NCBI GenBank assembly: GCA_963663405.2
Contig: CAXXSM010000026.1
Span: 1-12,133, forward strand
Direction: 5' to 3'
From: a bacterium
GTDB lineage: Bacteria; Hinthialibacterota; Hinthialibacteria; Hinthialibacterales; Hinthialibacteraceae
Length of the DNA stretch: 12,133 nucleotides
Numbering within the stretch: the first letter of the stretch is position 1; each line of letters opens with the position of its first letter. The translations under genes and the position numbers were made by a program. The notes under the pieces were generated by a model that saw nothing but the letters and a program-made list of their open reading frames with translations, made no database searches and was not told where the DNA came from. Of the stretch, positions 8,381-12,133 are shown in pieces.

Positions 8381-10544
8381 TTAGCGCAGCATTCCAAGCT
8401 GATTTCGTTCCTTACATTCCTGCAGGCCGATACGGTCAAACGGTATCGGTTTGAATCCTGTTTCCCAGGCGGGTGAATCCTTTGGCAGTTGGAAACCGGT
8501 CTTTGGTTCTCCAATCTGTTTCCGGTCGTTGGTCACAAAGTTACCATGAATATCAAATAGTGTCTCTTGCGCATGCCAGGTGATTTCGATCCAGTCACCC
8601 ATACGAAAACATTGTGAGCAATCACATTGCCTTCAGGCGGAACGCCCGTGAAGGCGTCACCGGCGATGGCGGCGCCGCCGGGTGAACCGTAATAGGCGTC
8701 AAGAGTCTTCATTTCGGGATAGCGCTTCCGGTATAGATCGAGAGGAACAGAGTTCAATCTGTCGCGCATGGTTTTATCCACCATAATTGCGCCAAACCTG
8801 ACTTGTATCCAGGCCACGGCCATCCGCCCGAACTGCTGGATCGCAGTCCACAAAAAGATTGTTTTCGACGCGATGATCGCGTCCGCCGCCAATAAACATC
8901 GCCCAATGAGCCTTATAGAACACATTGCCGAACACTTCCGTCCCGCTGATGCAATCATCCATATACACACCCATTGATCCCATTCCCACGCCGCCGGTTT
9001 CGTGGATGTAATTATGGCGTATGCGGTTGCCCCGGAATGTATAGTCCCGTCCTGTGTAGATTGCGCCGACATCACCAGTCTCCAAAGCTATGTGATGGAT
9101 GTCGTTAAATTCAATGAGATGATCATTGCCCCAAAACAGGATGGCGCAATGGGGATGGTCATGAATTAGATTGTTCGACGCGCGCAAGCCAACGCCAGTC
9201 ATGGAGACGGCGGGGTACATAACATTTCGACCAGCGGCCCAGCCTTGCGAAATGGCAGTTCTCCACATAATGACCGCCTGGGGTGAGTGTTTGACGATCT
9301 CCACCCTCCAGGCTGACGCCGCCATCTCCGGTGTCAAAGATATCACAGCTTTGCACTCCGTGGTTCTTGCCGCCGCTAATCATGACGGCCCAGTCGCCGA
9401 TATTGCATACGAGACAACCCGCAATCCGATTGCCTTCTCCGCCGTTGATCTCAAAAGCGTTGCCCCGGGTTCCTTCAAAGACAATACCGCGCATTGTGAC
9501 ATGGCTTGCGTCTTTAAGCGTCACAAGGGGCTGTTCCAATAGTGAAAATAACGCTTCGCCTGATTCAATCGGGCTGGGAGGCCAGAAATAGAGTATGCCC
9601 GCCTTTTTGTCCACATACCACTCGCCGGGTTCGTCAAGTTCCTCCAGGATGTTGAGGAAATAAAAACGCTGTTTTTTGTTAAATCCATAATTCCCATAAG
9701 GTTCCGCTGTTCGGATGAATCGGCGCGTCACGTCTAATTCGGCGATCCGCTCATAACTGTTCGCCCAGTCATAAGCCCAATAGCCATGAATCCAAATGTT
9801 TTCCTTGCTCTTCCATCGCGCTGGCCGGTCGCTTTCATAAAAAAATCCTCCCTCAAGCGATCCGATGTTCGTTCCGTGGCCATCATCTGTACCGGTCTCT
9901 CTGGGAAAGTCTTGGATGTGTTTCCCAATTACCCGCATTTCGGCCAGCGCGCCAGCGTCATCGGCCGACTGTCAAAAAACAACTCTCCATGAGCGGGCAG
10001 AGTCGGCCTGCCGAATCCGCGTGATTTCAACGCGCCGAAATCATGGATGCCCTGGATGCGTAGATCGGCCTGCAGAACGTTTTCCCGCGCGGATTCTTCG
10101 AGACGTTCGAGCAAATCACTGTCCGTGACCTTTGTGAATCCTTTAAGAACAGTTCCGCCGAGGATTCGCAACTCGTTCGTTTTTGTAGGCTCGCCACACA
10201 ATAGGCGCATCCGGCGTTCCCGAATCTTCGGCTGAAAGTTCCAGTGATTTGCTTCTGATATAGTCGCCGCCGCGAAGCCAGATGGTTAAACCGTTATCGG
10301 GCAGGACTGCATTACGCTTGATTTCCCGTACCGCGTCACGGGCTCGTTCCAGCGTAGCAAATGGTTTTTGCTCCGTCCCTGCATTATGATCGTCTCCCTT
10401 GGGCGATACGAAGATATCCGCGTTAGCGGTTATGCTTAAAAGCCATAACGCCAAAATCCCCATCAAACTCAGCGCCTTCGATGAATGCTTAATCTCATAT
10501 ATTTTTTCAGACAAACACGATCTGTCACAATACGTTGTCTTCAT
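8381..10544 (-). CDS. Secreted right-handed parallel beta-helix protein (pectin-lyase fold, GH141-like, about 720 aa), split by about 6 indels
   Basis: Signal peptide ...LMGILALWLLSITANA followed by DIFVSPKGDDHNAGTEQKPFATLERARDAVR. Further motifs: IWLRGGDY, DSGTPDAPIVWRAY, MTLARWP, GYWAYDWA, FYFLNILEELDEPGEWY, TGDGGVSLEGGDR.TLTPGGHYVEN, NNLIHDHPH.AI, ETGDVGAIY, RHNYIH, GVYMDD, GGGRDHRVENN and the typical ending FQL..DSPA...GFKPIPFDRIGL. The pieces are collinear across ORFs 10143-10544, 9929-10210, 9159-9938, 8774-9346, 8533-9075 and 8381-8602. Confidence 0.88.
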
Positions 10545-10584
10545 TTGGATATCGTCTCCCTTTTGTTTGTTCCCGAGTCATGGA

Positions 10585-10606
10585 TCAATCACAGATTGTG
10601 AATTGA
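10585..10606. repeat. Imperfect inverted repeat in the intergenic region (possible operator or RNA hairpin)
   Basis: TCAATCACA-GAT-TGTGAATTGA forms 9 paired bases with one bulge. It lies about 40 bp upstream of the beta-helix gene start. Confidence 0.35.
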
Positions 10607-10623
10607 AAGATTTAACTTATTTG

Positions 10624-12133
10624 TTAACATCCAGTCATTTTTAATGCATCAGCATTGTACTGATCATATCCCTCTTCCATCCATTTCCAAATCGCCTCAT
10701 TCCATTGTCCGACGCGTTTTTTCTCCTGTTCTGTCTGTGCGAATGATTGAGCTTTATTTATCAGAACGCCAAGTTGATTCATTCGATCTGCTGTTCCCAA
10801 GCGCGTCCAAGCGACATTTTTCCAATCGATGCCGTTGCGCTTATACAGAGGCGGCGGATAGTTCTTGGGATTGCAGGCGATCTCTTCAATTAGTCGATAA
10901 AATTTCTCCATCGGTTCTGCAGCCGCGCCGAAATACCGGACAAAAAATTCATTCAAGATGGCGTCCTCATTCTGGTCTGGATCATCCCAAATTTTGGCAA
11001 TCACGTATCCTTCCAGCATGTCCTGTTCGCCGCACACGAAGATCCCCCGAATGCCGTCTTTGATGAACATCCTCATTGTCCGCACGGACTCATGCACCAT
11101 CATGTTAGGGAAACATTTCCATTTATAAATCAAGGCTGGTTCCATCGGATGATGGTAGTAGTTCCATAGAAAGATCGGCGCTTTGGTTTTTTTCAACCAA
11201 TCCTTATATAATTTCATATCGTTTTCGCGAATCTCTTCGTGAATGGCGTAAAGGCACGTGTGCAGACAGGGAGCAACAGATACGTTAGGCTCAATATCGA
11301 AACCTTGGGGCGGCAAGGCGTAGTTCCAATAAGCGAGCGTCGCGATGTATTTATCGGGATGAGTTTTACGCACTTCCCTTGCAACGGCGTTTACGAAGGA
11401 AAAGAAATAGTTGCTGACCGTGCCGCTGCTGAACTGGCCGGTATTCATGTCCTTACCTGAGTTCAACAACGCCTTGCACCGTTCGCATTGGCAAAAGTTC
11501 GAATTGTCATCCGGAACAATCGCGAAATAATCACCTACCGCTTTCCAGCCCTCGGGTGCGTTCTTCTTGCCATCAAAGAAATCCCTCGCCATCTGAGCAA
11601 CTTCTTCGATCAGCAACGGATTGGTATAACAGAGTTGCGTTCCACGACCCGGTCCTTGCGCTTGGTACACGGGATTTTTAAACATGGCTTGAATGGTCTT
11701 GGGGTGGAACGTGTGGTTCCCTGCCCATTTCTCCCCGCCAAGACGCAAGCGCCGCCAAAACAGATATTTTTCAGATTGTGTTGTGGAGCCCCCACTGGCC
11801 TTTCATGAACGGCCAATTGCCCCGCCCAAAGAGCATCGCGATATTTTAGGGCTGGAGATCGTCGGATGTCTGTTCCCTTGACCGTAAGCGATGACTGCGA
11901 GGGAATAACGACGCTCGAGTCGTTTGGCCCATACCAGCGCACATTACAAAACTGTTCGATGAAATGATAGGCGGCGTAACACGTCCCTTGGTCGTCGTAA
12001 ACTCCCGGAAGTTCCATTTCGCCCGTGCTGCGCTCCGGATACCCCACGGTTTTCCAGTAATCAATACGCTGCCGGGTATCTTCCAGAGCATTCCCGCAAT
12101 TCATCGGACGACCAAATTCTAGCCGATTGGCCG
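10624..12133 (-). CDS. DUF4838-like domain protein (putative glycoside hydrolase with a GH67-like N-terminal domain); 5' end outside the window, 2 frameshifts at about 11820 and 11785
   Basis: QGTCYAAYHFIEQFCNVRWYGP, SPALKYR, (NWPFMKGQW / EKYLFWRRLRLGG), NHTF, QLCYTNP, PDD...FCQCERC, SNYFFSFVNAVAREV, ATLAYWNY.LPP, LWNYY, YVIAKIWDDP, EFFVRYFGAAAEPM. Stop TAA at 10624-10626. Confidence 0.85.

Noticed and set aside
617-12091. Remaining short antisense or alternate-frame ORFs nested in the long genes
   Set aside because: They are shadow ORFs with no motif support, apart from the short segments used to bridge frameshifts.
1-12133. CRISPR array, tRNA/rRNA, transposase, integrase or defence genes
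   Set aside because: I found no regularly spaced repeats, RNA gene signatures or relevant protein motifs by eye.

Overview
Bacterial DNA, probably from a low-accuracy long-read or metagenome assembly, with two convergent blocks. On the + strand (1-3556, visibly more AT-rich) lie the 3' part of a diguanylate cyclase (GGDEF) gene and a REC-PAS-GAF-PAS-HisKA-HATPase-REC hybrid histidine kinase, which the ORF track splits into 5 pieces. On the - strand (about 3560-12133) is a co-oriented run of carbohydrate-active-enzyme-like genes: a DUF4838-like protein, a parallel beta-helix protein, a large GH-like protein and a heparinase II/III-like lyase. The last three have visible signal peptides. A 1 kb insert (about 7300-8320) interrupts this run and holds a sigma70-like promoter, a small Cys/acidic protein and a decayed Cys-motif ORF. 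About 16 indels, mostly single-base and in or near short homopolymers, break nearly every long gene, so they look like sequencing errors rather than biology. The most notable points are the abrupt loss of the lyase C-terminal half at the junction of the two blocks, a Cys-rich GAF sensor domain, and an HCCxC motif in the GH-like protein. I saw no RNA genes, CRISPR arrays or mobile elements, and no clearly new system. All family assignments come from recalled motifs, not database searches.
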